Assembly (NCBI GenBank): GCA_963422605.2
Contig: CAXXUF010000002.1
Span: forward strand, 1,781,848-1,845,847
Direction: 5' to 3'
From: Tepidiformaceae bacterium
Lineage (GTDB): Bacteria > Chloroflexota > Dehalococcoidia > Tepidiformales > Tepidiformaceae
DNA: 64,000 bases
Both the position numbers and the translations under genes were made by a program. Of the stretch, positions 18,101-27,020 are shown in pieces; the first letter of the stretch is position 1, and the number at the start of each line of letters is the position of its first letter. The notes below the pieces were generated by a model. It was not told where the DNA came from. It did not search any database and saw nothing but the letters and a program-made list of their open reading frames with translations.

Positions 18101-20518
18101 ATGAAACTCCCCCTCTCCTGGCTGCGCGAGTACGTTGAGGTCGACCTCGCGCCCGCTGAGTTCGCGCGGCACGTGACCGATGCCATCGCTGAGGTCGAGG
18201 GCTGGGAGGCGATCGGCGAGGGTTGGGACGCGGCGCTTATGCGTGTGGCTGAGGTGCTCGCCGTCGAGCCACACCCGAACGCTGACCGCCTTCGCCTCGC
18301 GACGGTGGACGCGGGCGAGGGGCCGCGCACTGTTGTCTGCGGCGCCCCCAACGTCGCGCCCGGCCAGAAGGTCGCGTTCGCCACGGAGGGCGCACTGCTG
18401 ATCGATGGGCACACGGGCAAGCCCGCGAAACTGAAGCTCCGCGCGATCCGTGGTGTCGAGTCGGCGGGCATGGTGCTGAGCGAGAAGGAGCTTGGTCTCA
18501 GCGACGAGCACGAGGGCATCCTCACGCTGCCCGCAGACGCTCCCGTTGGCGCGCCCCTGGCCGAGGTCGTCGGCGATGTCGTGTTCGACGTTTCGACCTG
18601 GGCGAACCGCGCTGACCTGCTCGGCGTCCTCGGGTTCGCGCGCGAGGTGGCGGCGGTCACAGGGAAGCCGCTGCGCGAGCCCGACCGCGCCCGCACGCAC
18701 TCCGCCACCCGTGCTGGCGAGTTCGTCTCGGTCACCATCGAGGCGCCCGACCTCTGCCGCCGCTTCACCGCCAGCGTCATCGAGGGGATCGAGGTGCGCC
18801 CCTCGCCACTGTGGATGCGGCATCGCCTCCTGCGGGCGGGCATGCGCCCCATCAACAACGTCGTCGACGTGACCAACTACGTAATGCTGGAGACGGGCCA
18901 GCCCCTGCACGCTTTCGATTACGACCTCGTGCGCGGCGGCGAGATTCGCCCGCGCCGTGCCCTGCCTGGCGAGCGCCTCACGACACTTGATGGCTTGGAG
19001 CGCGAGCTTGACCCGGAGATGCTTGTGATCTGCGACGGCGGCGGGCCCGTGGCTGTGGCGGGGATCATGGGCGGGGGCGATAGCGAAGTCTCGGAGACGA
19101 CAGCGACGGTCCTCCTCGAAGTGGCGAACTTCCACCCCGGCTCGATCCGGCGGACCTCCACGAAACTGAAGCTGCGCAGCGAAGCCTCGCTGCGGTTCGA
19201 GAAAGGCATCGGCCCCGGCCTGGCGCCCTACGCCCAGGCGCGCGCCCTGCACCTGCTCGAACGGGTCGCGGGCGGGGGGCGGCCGGCGGCGGGCCTCGTC
19301 GATGTCTTCCCCACGCCCCTGCTGAGCCCTAGCATCAAGCTCCCGGCTGCGCGCATCGAGCAGGTGCTCGGCATCGCGATCGCGCCCGTGGCGGTACACA
19401 GCATCTTTGGCGTCCTTGGGTTCGACGTGGTCGAGGAGGAGGACGTCTTCACGGTGACGCCGCCTTTCTGGCGCCCTGATGTGACCATCCCGGACGATCT
19501 CATAGAGGAGCTGATCCGTGTCCACGGCTACGAGCGCCTGCCGTCCACCACGCTCCGCGGCGCGCTGCCCGAGGCGCGCCCGCGCCCGCTCGAACGCGTC
19601 CGCGAGCGAGCCCGCGCCCTCGCCGCGGGCCTCGGCTATCAGGAGGTGGTGAACTACACGCTCACCTCGGGCGAGGATCTGGCGTGCCTCGTGGCGCCCG
19701 ACGACGAGGCGCGTGCGCGCCCGATCGCCGTGGCCAACCCCGTAGCCTCGCAGCACGCCATCCTGCGCACGTCGCTGCGCGGCTCACTGCTTGCCACCTA
19801 CGCCGCCAACCGCCGCCACGAGGATGGGGCTATGCGCCTCTTCGAGATCGGCGTGGAGTACCTCCCCACCGAAGCGGACCTGCCCCACGAGCGGCCCGTG
19901 CTTTGCGCCGTGCTCGGCGGTCCGCGCCTCGATCGATGGTCGCGCCCGGGCCCCGAGGGGCTCGATTTCTTCGATGCGAAGGGCGCAGTCGAGGCGCTCC
20001 TCGACGATCTCGGCGTGACCGCGCAGTTCGCTCCCCTGGAGAGCCATGCGCTCCTGCCGGGCCACACTGCCGCCGTCTCTGCCGGAGGCGAGCCCGCGGG
20101 CGTCGTCGCACAGGTGCATCCTGCTGCCGCGGCGAGCTTCGCGATCGAGGAGCCGGTCTTCCTCTTCGAGCTCTGGTTCGAGCCGTTGACGCGCGCCATC
20201 CCCGCGCGCCCTGACTACGCCCCTCCCGGGCGCTACCCCGAAGCGCGCCGCGACCTTGCCTTGCTCGTGCCCGCGGAGACGCCCGCCGCCGCGCTCCTCG
20301 ATCTCGTGCGTTCGCACCGCTCGCGCGGCGTCCGCGCCTTCGCCGACGTCTTCGATGAGTACCGTGGCGAAGGCGTCCCCGCAGGCATGAAGTCGCTCGC
20401 GCTGGCGGTCCGCTTCCGTGCGGACGACCGCACGCTTGGCGAGCGGGATGTCGCGCGGCTCGAACGGGACCTGTTGCGCCGCTTCGAACAGGAGTTGGGC
20501 GCGGTTCTGCGCGGGTGA
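18101..20518 (+). CDS. pheT: Phenylalanine--tRNA ligase beta subunit
   Basis: 805 aa, MKLPLSWLREYVEV.... Has a tRNA-binding domain (VVCGAPNVAPGQKVAFA), B3/4 and B5 regions, and a C-terminal FDX-ACB-like end. Lies 6 nt after pheS. Confidence 0.95.
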   Translation: MKLPLSWLREYVEVDLAPAEFARHVTDAIAEVEGWEAIGEGWDAALMRVAEVLAVEPHPNADRLRLATVDAGEGPRTVVCGAPNVAPGQKVAFATEGALLIDGHTGKPAKLKLRAIRGVESAGMVLSEKELGLSDEHEGILTLPADAPVGAPLAEVVGDVVFDVSTWANRADLLGVLGFAREVAAVTGKPLREPDRARTHSATRAGEFVSVTIEAPDLCRRFTASVIEGIEVRPSPLWMRHRLLRAGMRPINNVVDVTNYVMLETGQPLHAFDYDLVRGGEIRPRRALPGERLTTLDGLERELDPEMLVICDGGGPVAVAGIMGGGDSEVSETTATVLLEVANFHPGSIRRTSTKLKLRSEASLRFEKGIGPGLAPYAQARALHLLERVAGGGRPAAGLVDVFPTPLLSPSIKLPAARIEQVLGIAIAPVAVHSIFGVLGFDVVEEEDVFTVTPPFWRPDVTIPDDLIEELIRVHGYERLPSTTLRGALPEARPRPLERVRERARALAAGLGYQEVVNYTLTSGEDLACLVAPDDEARARPIAVANPVASQHAILRTSLRGSLLATYAANRRHEDGAMRLFEIGVEYLPTEADLPHERPVLCAVLGGPRLDRWSRPGPEGLDFFDAKGAVEALLDDLGVTAQFAPLESHALLPGHTAAVSAGGEPAGVVAQVHPAAAASFAIEEPVFLFELWFEPLTRAIPARPDYAPPGRYPEARRDLALLVPAETPAAALLDLVRSHRSRGVRAFADVFDEYRGEGVPAGMKSLALAVRFRADDRTLGERDVARLERDLLRRFEQELGAVLRG

Positions 20519-21366
20519 CCCTGCCGCCCGCCTTCGACCCCGCCGTCGGGCTCTGCAGCGGCTGCCGGCACGCGCGTAAGGTGCGCAGCGCCCGCGGCTC
20601 GCGATTCTGGCTCTGCGCCCGTGCCGCGGACGACCGTTCGCTGCGCAAGTATCCTGCCCTGCCGCGCCTGAACTGCCACGCCTTCGCCCAACAGGCGCGT
20701 CGCCCGTCCGTGCGTGGTGCCCGCGACTGGCTAGACGTGCGTGCCCGCGACTGGCTAGACTCGACAACAATGCCTTCCACGCGAGCTGATCTTGCCGCCC
20801 GCTATCCCACGAACGACCTGCTGCGCGACGGTACTGCCGTCGTCTTCCGCCTGCTCGCACCCGCCGACCGCGACGCTATGTTGAGCTTCGCGCAGGCGCT
20901 CGACGAGGAAGACCTCCTCTTCCTGCGCGAGGACATCACTGCCCCCGAGGTCATGGATGCGTGGCTGGCGGAGGTCGTGGGTGGGGCGGAGGTCGCGAGC
21001 GGGGAGACGTTCACTGTCCTCGCGGAGGTGGGTGGCATCATCGCGGGCTATTCCAGCCTCCATACCGAACCGGCGCGCTGGACGCGGCGCGTGGGCGAGA
21101 TTCGCGTCAACGTGCATCCCGACTACCGCGGGACGGGTGTGGGCGGCGCGCTCGCGGGCGAGATTCGCCACGTTGCGCCTGCCCTCGGTGTATACAAGCT
21201 GAGCGCGCAGATGCCAGTCGACCAGATGACGGCGCGCGTCGTGTTCGAGCGCCTCGGCTTCATCTACCAGGCCATCCTGCCCGGCTGGGTGACGGACCGC
21301 GACGGCAACGCGCGCGATCTCGTGATTATGGCCTGCGACCTCCCCCTCCCCGACGCCTCCGGCTAG
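20515..21366 (+). CDS. Cys-rich (CxxC...C...C) N-terminal segment fused in frame to a GNAT N-acetyltransferase domain
   Basis: 283-aa ORF starting at a GTGA overlap with the pheT stop. N-terminus LCSGCRHARKVRSARGSRFWLCARAADDRSLRKYPALPRLNCHAF. The GNAT core runs from about ATG 20770 (VFRLLAPADRDAMLSF...VHPDYRGTGVGGAL...FERLGF). No stop separates the two parts; the GNAT could alternatively start at 20770. Confidence 0.7.
   Translation: MTLPPAFDPAVGLCSGCRHARKVRSARGSRFWLCARAADDRSLRKYPALPRLNCHAFAQQARRPSVRGARDWLDVRARDWLDSTTMPSTRADLAARYPTNDLLRDGTAVVFRLLAPADRDAMLSFAQALDEEDLLFLREDITAPEVMDAWLAEVVGGAEVASGETFTVLAEVGGIIAGYSSLHTEPARWTRRVGEIRVNVHPDYRGTGVGGALAGEIRHVAPALGVYKLSAQMPVDQMTARVVFERLGFIYQAILPGWVTDRDGNARDLVIMACDLPLPDASG
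20717..20760. repeat. 20-bp perfect direct repeat GTGCCCGCGACTGGCTAGAC x2 with a 4-bp spacer (24-bp period)
   Basis: Read directly: 20717-20736 equals 20741-20760. It lies in the linker between the Cys-rich segment and the GNAT domain and encodes ARDWLD twice. Confidence 0.9.
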
Positions 21367-22019
21367 CCTCCCGCGGACGCCGTCGAAGCGAAGGCGGCCC
21401 GCCAGCCCTCGCCCTCGCGCTCCAGGATCGCTTGCACCTCGGCGAGCGTCTCGAAGCCGTGGACCCGCGCGCTCTCTCCCAGCGCCTCGCGCAGCGGGCC
21501 GGTGGCACAGCTGGCCCAGGCCATGCGCGCTGCCTCGGCACCCGCCGCCTCGGCACCAGTGTGTACGACGAGGTCGCCGGCGGCGCGGAAGGCGGCAGCG
21601 TAGGAGAGCAGGAACCCCTCCTCCAGTTCCACCCCCCGCGGGCTCGCGTAGCTGAGGCGCCAACGGTAGACCTGACGCGAGCGCCCGCAGTGGCGCGCGA
21701 CGCGGTCGAAGCCGGCCTCGTCGAGGACGGCGTTGACGCAGACGTCGGGGGCGGCGCTGACGACGACCGGCAGCCAACCGTGCCACTGCGCCCAGCCGAC
21801 GAGCTCCGCGAACCCCGGGCGCGGACGCGCGAGCTCGCGGACGCGCTCCTCGACCTCCTTGCGGGGAGCCTCGAACTCCGCGATCGCCGCCGCCAGCGCC
21901 GTCTCGGGCGTGGCCCCTGCGGAAGCGGGCGGGCGTGCCGCGAACTCGGCTACGATCGCAGCAGTGAGGCCCGCTTCGACCGCAACCCCTTCGAAATCCA
22001 GCCAGAGCACGGATGCCAT
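21363..22019 (-). CDS. Hypothetical protein, possibly a degenerate HAD-like hydrolase fold
   Basis: 218 aa, MASVLWLDFEGVAV.... This resembles HAD motif I (DxDxT) but reads DFEGV; VVVSAAP is a possible motif II. Codon usage is consistent with coding. The family call is weak. Confidence 0.5.
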   Translation of the reverse strand: MASVLWLDFEGVAVEAGLTAAIVAEFAARPPASAGATPETALAAAIAEFEAPRKEVEERVRELARPRPGFAELVGWAQWHGWLPVVVSAAPDVCVNAVLDEAGFDRVARHCGRSRQVYRWRLSYASPRGVELEEGFLLSYAAAFRAAGDLVVHTGAEAAGAEAARMAWASCATGPLREALGESARVHGFETLAEVQAILEREGEGWRAAFASTASAGG

Positions 22020-22163
22020 TGGCGGAGGATAGCCGAACGCCGCACAGGGGCCACTGCGCGCCGCCAGCTGCTAGACAATAAGCGCGGGCCCCTGCTAGAG
22101 TGGCGTATCATCTATACCGATGATCGTTTGGTCGTCAGGCTGGCGTGGGGTGGAGATGCTGCT

Positions 22164-22376
22164 GTGACTAATCCGTTTGAAGGCTATCTGGACCTCATCG
22201 AGTCCGCGCGCGAGCTGTCGATCCACCCCCAGAGCCTGCGGCGCCTGATCAAGCAGAAGAAGATCCCGGCTACGCTCTTCGCGGGGAAGTACCTTATCGA
22301 GCGGGACAAGCTCGAGATGTTCAAGAGCAACTACGACCCGCGCCCGGGCCGCAAGCCCACCCGCCGCCTGCTCTAG
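22164..22376 (+). CDS. Excisionase-family helix-turn-helix DNA-binding protein (about 70 aa)
   Basis: This is the 3' end of shadow ORF 20961..22376, from GTG 22164: MTNPFEGYLDLIESARELSIHPQSLRRLIKQKKIPATLFAGKYLIERDKLEMFKSNYDPRPGRK. It matches the HTH_17/Xis pattern (L..ea..l.v....l.rli..g.ipa...g..y.i....l..f). Sits in an AT-richer patch. Confidence 0.6.
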   Translation: MTNPFEGYLDLIESARELSIHPQSLRRLIKQKKIPATLFAGKYLIERDKLEMFKSNYDPRPGRKPTRRLL

Positions 22377-22404
22377 CGTCCGCGCCGCCGTTGGGTGCGC
22401 TGCT

Positions 22405-22623
22405 TCAGAGGATTTTGCCCTGGCTGTTGAGCACCGCGAGGGTGATGAGCACGGCCGCTTCCACGGTCAGCACGAAGCCCGCCGCGCCCAGCCAGATCAG
22501 TTGCGTGCCGCCGCGGGTGGCGAAAGCGGGAATCGTGAGGATCACCGTCGAAGCCGCCCAGACGAGCACGAAGATGACGCCCAGCGCGAGCGGGCTGTAG
22601 AGCGCGAGTGGGGCATCGATCAT
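22405..22623 (-). CDS. Small membrane protein (72 aa, two predicted TM helices)
   Basis: MIDAPLALYSPLALGVIFVLVWAASTVILTIPAFATRGGTQLIWLGAAGFVLTVEAAVLITLAVLNSQGKIL. Two hydrophobic spans. Confidence 0.5.
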   Translation of the reverse strand: MIDAPLALYSPLALGVIFVLVWAASTVILTIPAFATRGGTQLIWLGAAGFVLTVEAAVLITLAVLNSQGKIL

Positions 22624-22694
22624 CAGGAATCGCCTCCGCTGCAGTGGCCTGCATCATACGACCGCTTGTGCCCAACGCACAGATGCGCGTGGGG

Positions 22695-23078
22695 TTACCC
22701 CGTGCGTTGCCGGTAGTCCCCGATCGCCTGCCGCAGGGCGTCGGCGGCGAGCACGCTGCAATGGACCTTGTCGCGTGGCAATCCGCCGACGCCCGTGGCG
22801 ATCGCCTCGCGCGTGAGCGCCTCCGCCTCCGCGAGCGTCCAGCCCTCCACGAGCTCGCTCGTCCAGGAGCTGGTGGCGATGGCGGGCGGGCAGCCACGCG
22901 TGAGCCACTGCATCCTGGCGATGCGCCCGCCGACGATGCGAAGCATCACGTGCATGTGGTCGCCACAGACGGGGTTGCTGACCGTCGCCTCACCATCGGG
23001 CGCCTCCATGCGACCCGCGTTGCGGGGGTGCTCGAAGTGCTCGATGACGATCTCAGGGTAGGCGGCCATGCGTCCCAT
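22695..23078 (-). CDS. Fe-S cluster assembly scaffold, IscU/NifU N-terminal (SufU-like) family
   Basis: 127 aa, EHFEHPRNAG...NPVCGDHMHV...TRGCPPAIATSS...KVHCSVLAADAL. The three conserved Cys are in IscU/NifU spacing. Confidence 0.85.
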   Translation of the reverse strand: MGRMAAYPEIVIEHFEHPRNAGRMEAPDGEATVSNPVCGDHMHVMLRIVGGRIARMQWLTRGCPPAIATSSWTSELVEGWTLAEAEALTREAIATGVGGLPRDKVHCSVLAADALRQAIGDYRQRTG

Positions 23079-23122
23079 GCTAGGAACGCCGCCCGCGCGG
23101 CGTCAACGCGTCTCGCGATCCA

Positions 23123-24001
23123 CTATGGCATCTTCGCCAGAAACAGCTGGAACTCCATGACGCCGTTGTCCTCGATCGAGACGAGGATGGGCGATTGCGG
23201 CTGGGCGATGTCGTAGTCGGCGAAGGCGATCGGGATCGAGCCAACGACGACCAGCAGCCCATCCACGCTCTCCGCCTCTATCAGGATCGTCACGGGCTGT
23301 GTGACGCCGTGAAGCGTGAGCGCGCCGCTCACCGTGACGGCGACGGGCAGGCCCTCAGCGAGCTCCCCGGGGATCACAACCGGCTCGGACAGCGCGAATG
23401 TGGCCGTGGGGAAGGCGTTCGTCTCCAGCGCCTGCCGTCTGAGCGCGCCGTCGCGGCGCGAGTCGTCGCTCGTGAGATCGCGCAGATCGGCTGTAACGCT
23501 CACCGCCGTCAACTCGCCGCCCGCGATCGTCACACTCGCCTCGACCGTCGAGGTGCGCCCCACCGCTTCCTTGAAGCCGATAGTCGCGAGCTCTTCCTTC
23601 ACGCGGTAGCCGGCGAAGTTCTCGCCCTCGCGCGCACGCGTCCACACGCCGTCGAGCGCCAGTCCCTCCGCGGAGGCGGGAGTGGCTGTGGCGGGGCTGG
23701 CCGTCGCGGCAGACTCCGGCGTCTCTTCGTCGAGGGAGGAGACCGCCCTGGGGAGGCTCACAGCGGGAGGCGCGTCGTCGCGGAGCAGGAACCACCAGAG
23801 TCCGAAGACGAGCAGGGCGGCGAGCGCGAGCGCCGCTGCTCCGCTTCCGATAAGAACTTGCTTTCGCGTCACCCGTCGCTCTCTTTCTGCCTCGCCGGTC
23901 GCGCCGTCAGCGACCATGTCCCACGCCACGGTAGGCCAGTGGAGCGCTACCAGTCGAGCCTGCCCCGCGTCCGGCGATGCCTCCATGCCCGACGACGACA
24001 C
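23123..24001 (-). CDS. YceI-family polyisoprenoid-binding protein with N-terminal TM anchor
   Basis: 292 aa. TM LIGSGAAALALAALLVFGLWWFLL. The C-terminal YceI-like barrel carries VEASVTIAGGELTAVSVTADLRDLTSDDSRRDGALR...ETNAFPTATF...GALTLHGVTQPVT. The start is uncertain. Confidence 0.75.
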   Translation of the reverse strand: MSSSGMEASPDAGQARLVALHWPTVAWDMVADGATGEAERERRVTRKQVLIGSGAAALALAALLVFGLWWFLLRDDAPPAVSLPRAVSSLDEETPESAATASPATATPASAEGLALDGVWTRAREGENFAGYRVKEELATIGFKEAVGRTSTVEASVTIAGGELTAVSVTADLRDLTSDDSRRDGALRRQALETNAFPTATFALSEPVVIPGELAEGLPVAVTVSGALTLHGVTQPVTILIEAESVDGLLVVVGSIPIAFADYDIAQPQSPILVSIEDNGVMEFQLFLAKMP

Positions 24002-24196
24002 CTGGACCCGCTATCGCCGGGGGTCTGTCTGCGGCTACACCGCCACCGCCCGGCGACGAGGGGAAGCTCCTCCGCGCCTGCGTCTACTCCACGGACGGCG
24101 GCAGGAACCTCAGGCGGGGCCCGAGATAGCCGCTATCGGCCCGATCCTGCCGTAGTAACGGGTCGCGATCAGGCTGCGACGCTCTGAAAAACCTTC

Positions 24197-24715
24197 CTAA
24201 TGGCCCAGGCCGAGCGCCGCGAATGCCGCCTCGAAGGCGGGCAGGTTCGCCGGGTTGAAGTGCGGCTCGACGTGACGGACGGTCCCGTCGCGTCCGGCGA
24301 CGACGAGCGCCCGTCGCGACCTCCGCTCCTCCCCGTCCCAGAGGCCGTAGGCGCGCACGACCTCACCGTGGAAGTCGCTGAGGAGGGGGAAGGGGAAGCG
24401 GTCGCGCTCCTGGAAACGGGCGTGCGAGCCGAGCCCGTTCGTATTGATGCCGAACACCTGCACGCCCGCCCCGCGCAGGAGCTCGTGTTCCTGTGCGAAC
24501 GCCTTGAGCGTACTCGTACAGACGGGCATGCCGTCGTCCCGATAGAAGATGAGTAGCGCGCCGCCCGCCGTAAGCGCTTCGGCGAGCGTCACCTCGATCT
24601 GTTCTCCAGACGCGGTGACGGCGGGGAGGCGGAAGTCGGGCGCGTGCTCGCCGGTTGCGATGGGCGTTGCGCGGGGCGGCGCGGTGGTGGCCGGGGGGTG
24701 CTCCTCCGCGCTCAT
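24197..24715 (-). CDS. Peroxiredoxin / AhpC-TSA (Bcp-like) family thiol peroxidase
   Basis: 172 aa, APDFRLPAV...LIFYRDDGMPVCTSTLKAF...VFGINTNGLGSHARF...FPLLSDFHGEV. Has the PxxxTxxC-type active site. Confidence 0.8.
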   Translation of the reverse strand: MSAEEHPPATTAPPRATPIATGEHAPDFRLPAVTASGEQIEVTLAEALTAGGALLIFYRDDGMPVCTSTLKAFAQEHELLRGAGVQVFGINTNGLGSHARFQERDRFPFPLLSDFHGEVVRAYGLWDGEERRSRRALVVAGRDGTVRHVEPHFNPANLPAFEAAFAALGLGH

Positions 24716-25788
24716 GCGGGCCCGCCGAATCCGGGCGGGATGCCCGTCACGCCGCGCGTCCCCGCGAGCGCGCGGACGCGCCCGAGCCCGGCGGCGTCGG
24801 TGAGCTGCTGGAAGGCGCGGCGGCGCGCGAAGTACTCGGGCAAGTCGTCGCGAGCAGCCTCCACCAGCTGCCCCAGCCCCACTTCCGTGAGGAACGCGGC
24901 CTGGGTGACGGGCGCGAACGCCGTCATGCCCGCGGCCTCCACCGCCGCCTCCAGCTCGGAGAGGTTCACGTGCGCGGTCAGGTCCTGCTCACCCACGTGC
25001 TGGCAGGGGTCTTCGTGGGCGGTATGCCGGTGGAAGCAGAGCAGCGTGCCCTGCGTGCGCCATGGCGCACGCAGCTCCTCCTCGGGGTAGCCGTAGTCGA
25101 AGGTCAGGACCGCGCCGCGCCGTACGAGCGCGCAGAGCGCCGACATCGTGGCGGGCGCCCGCCCGCAGACCTCGAAACGGCCCTCCGTGGGTGCAGCGTC
25201 GATGGTGGCGACGCCGCCTCGCGTCTCCACGAACGCCTCCCCGTCCCAGCGCACGTGGACCTCGACGGGGCCGCGCGGCCCGGCCTCGAAGAGGCGCACG
25301 GGCAGTGCGTCGAAGAGCTCATTGGAGAGCGCGACTCCCGCCTCGACGGGCGCGGGCGCGTCCGCGCGCCACTCGATACGGGCGTCTGCGCCCCGCGCGT
25401 TCGGCTCGATGGCGCTGTAGCGCAGGGCGCGGGCGAAGCTGCCGTCGCGGCCTTCCGCCCAGTCGAGCAGGGCTGTGGCCAGTGCGCCCTCGCCCGCACC
25501 CGCTTCGATGATTGTGAAGAGCGCGGGCCGTCCGAGCCCCTCCCAGACCCATTCGCACCACGCCCCCACGGCCCACCCGAACATCGGGTGGATGGTGGGG
25601 CTGGTGAGGAAGTCGCCGCCTGGTCCGATGCGCCCGGGCGTGCGGTAGTAGCCGTGCTCGGGGTGGTAGAGCGCCAGCTCCATGAAGCGCTCGAAGGGGA
25701 TCGCGCCGCCGTCCATCTCCGCGATGATGACCTTCACGAGTGCGGGGTTGCCCGCCCTGGTCAGTCCCGGGTCGAGGTCGAGCGCCAT
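24712..25788 (-). CDS. SAM-dependent methyltransferase, MidA/NDUFAF7 (DUF185) family
   Basis: 358 aa, IPFERFMELALYHPEHGYYRTPGRIGPGGDFLTSPTIHPMFG...IIEAGAGEGALA. ATGA overlap with the downstream peroxiredoxin start. Confidence 0.85.
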   Translation of the reverse strand: MALDLDPGLTRAGNPALVKVIIAEMDGGAIPFERFMELALYHPEHGYYRTPGRIGPGGDFLTSPTIHPMFGWAVGAWCEWVWEGLGRPALFTIIEAGAGEGALATALLDWAEGRDGSFARALRYSAIEPNARGADARIEWRADAPAPVEAGVALSNELFDALPVRLFEAGPRGPVEVHVRWDGEAFVETRGGVATIDAAPTEGRFEVCGRAPATMSALCALVRRGAVLTFDYGYPEEELRAPWRTQGTLLCFHRHTAHEDPCQHVGEQDLTAHVNLSELEAAVEAAGMTAFAPVTQAAFLTEVGLGQLVEAARDDLPEYFARRRAFQQLTDAAGLGRVRALAGTRGVTGIPPGFGGPA

Positions 25789-25854
25789 GCCCTGATTCTC
25801 CCCTGCGCGCGCGCCACTGTCCCGTTCGCCGCGGGGGCGCTACAGTCAGCAGCG

Positions 25855-26574
25855 ATGCCGGATTCCGCGAACGCGCACCGCGTGCGTCTGGTCGACCTCC
25901 GAAACCCGTTCATCGAGTCGCTCGACGGGATGACCGAACTCCTGCTGGTGCGTCACGGTGAGCAGCAGCTGGCGGCGAACATGCCCGTCGGAGAGGTGCT
26001 GGACGCGCCCCTCTCGGCGTTGGGGCGCGAGCAGGCGCGCGTGCTTGGTGAGCGGCTCGCGACGGCGGCGATCGACGCCGTCTATTGCAGCCCGCTCAGC
26101 CGCGCCCGCGAGACCGCGCATGCTATCGGCGCGCATCACCACCTCGCCCCGGTTGTGCATGAGGAGCTGCGCGAGATCGACCAGTTCCGGCATGTGCCCG
26201 ATCACCTCGGCGTGCTCGATCACTACGGCGCCGAGCGCTTCGTGGCGCTGATGCGTGAGGCGAACCACACGCGCAAGGACTCCGTCTGGCCCGACGTGGA
26301 GGATGTGGCCGCCTTCCGCCGCCGCGTCACCGCCGCGATCGCAGAGATCGCGGCGGCAAATACGGGCCATCGCGTCGTCGTCGCCTGCCACGCGGGGGTG
26401 ATCAACCACTTCCTCGCGGATGCGCTGGCGTCGGCGGTCGACCAGGTGCTGCCGCTGCACCACACGTCGATCACGACTGTGCGGGTGGACGGCGACCGCC
26501 AGGCCGTACTCACCATCAACGATTTCGCGCACGTCCACGCCGTCCAGACCTCGCGTAACGACCTCAACGGCTGA
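25855..26574 (+). CDS. Histidine phosphatase (phosphoglycerate mutase-like) family protein
   Basis: Last 239 aa of shadow ORF 24655..26574, from ATG 25855: MPDSANAHRV...ELLLVRHGEQQ (RHG motif)...SPLSRARETA...VVVACHAGVI. Confidence 0.85.
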   Translation: MPDSANAHRVRLVDLRNPFIESLDGMTELLLVRHGEQQLAANMPVGEVLDAPLSALGREQARVLGERLATAAIDAVYCSPLSRARETAHAIGAHHHLAPVVHEELREIDQFRHVPDHLGVLDHYGAERFVALMREANHTRKDSVWPDVEDVAAFRRRVTAAIAEIAAANTGHRVVVACHAGVINHFLADALASAVDQVLPLHHTSITTVRVDGDRQAVLTINDFAHVHAVQTSRNDLNG

Positions 26575-26611
26575 CCCCCGCACGCTCCTGCGTGCTAGGC
26601 TCACCCCTGCG

Positions 26612-26968
26612 ATGGCCCTTGCCGCGCCCCGCCAGAAGCTGTGGCTCGAGGCGGGCGGCCAGCTCGTGATGTCGGACTACCGCGTCCGCCTGCTCGAACT
26701 GGTCGCCGAGACGGGCTCGCTCGCCGAGGCCGCCGCCGCGCTCGGCCTGAGCTACCGCCGCGCCTGGGGCAAGGTGAAAGACCTGGAGAAGAACCTGGGA
26801 CGGTCTCTCGTGCGCTCCGAGGTGGGGGGCGCGGGTGGGGGCCGGACCACCCTCACGCCTGAGGCGGCGGCGCTCGTGGCCGCCTACCGGCGCTTCCAGG
26901 CGCGCGTCGAACGCGAGGTCGAGCGTGCCTATACGGCGGAGCTGCGCGAGCTGCTGGCGGCGCGCTGA
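26612..26968 (+). CDS. ModE-N-like / LysR-type winged-helix regulator (no Mop domains)
   Basis: From ATG 26612: MALAAPRQKLWLEAGGQLVMSDYRVRLLELVAETGSLAEAAAALGLSYRRAWGKVKDLEKNLGRSLVRSEVGGAGGGRTTLTPEA. This is the typical ModE N-terminal HTH signature (GS...AA..lg.SYr.AW). Confidence 0.75.
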   Translation: MALAAPRQKLWLEAGGQLVMSDYRVRLLELVAETGSLAEAAAALGLSYRRAWGKVKDLEKNLGRSLVRSEVGGAGGGRTTLTPEAAALVAAYRRFQARVEREVERAYTAELRELLAAR

Positions 26969-27020
26969 CGCGCATCTGCGCGGCGTTGGTCGTTGAAGGG
27001 TGGGCGCGGTAGGCTGGCTT

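Noticed and set aside
17027-19756. 909-aa minus-strand ORF, the longest in the track
   Set aside because: It is antisense to pheS and pheT, which are unambiguous. Its product is Arg/Ala/Gly/Asp/His-rich with no motifs. This is the classic shadow ORF of a stop-poor high-GC frame.
20961-22163. 471-aa plus-strand ORF 20961..22376 (all but its last 70 codons)
   Set aside because: It overlaps the GNAT gene out of frame and the 218-aa minus-strand gene antisense. It is Arg/Gly-rich junk. Only the terminal HTH segment is credible.
24002-24196. Recurrent GCTATCG motif (24010-24016, palindrome GATAGCcGCTATC at 24124-24136, also 13191-13200) as a shared regulator site
   Set aside because: There are only three occurrences of a short motif in 64 kb of biased sequence, and the contexts are unrelated genes. 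This is compatible with chance.
24655-25854. N-terminal 400 codons of the 639-aa plus-strand ORF 24655..26574
   Set aside because: It is antisense to the peroxiredoxin and MidA genes. The recognisable histidine-phosphatase domain starts only at ATG 25855.
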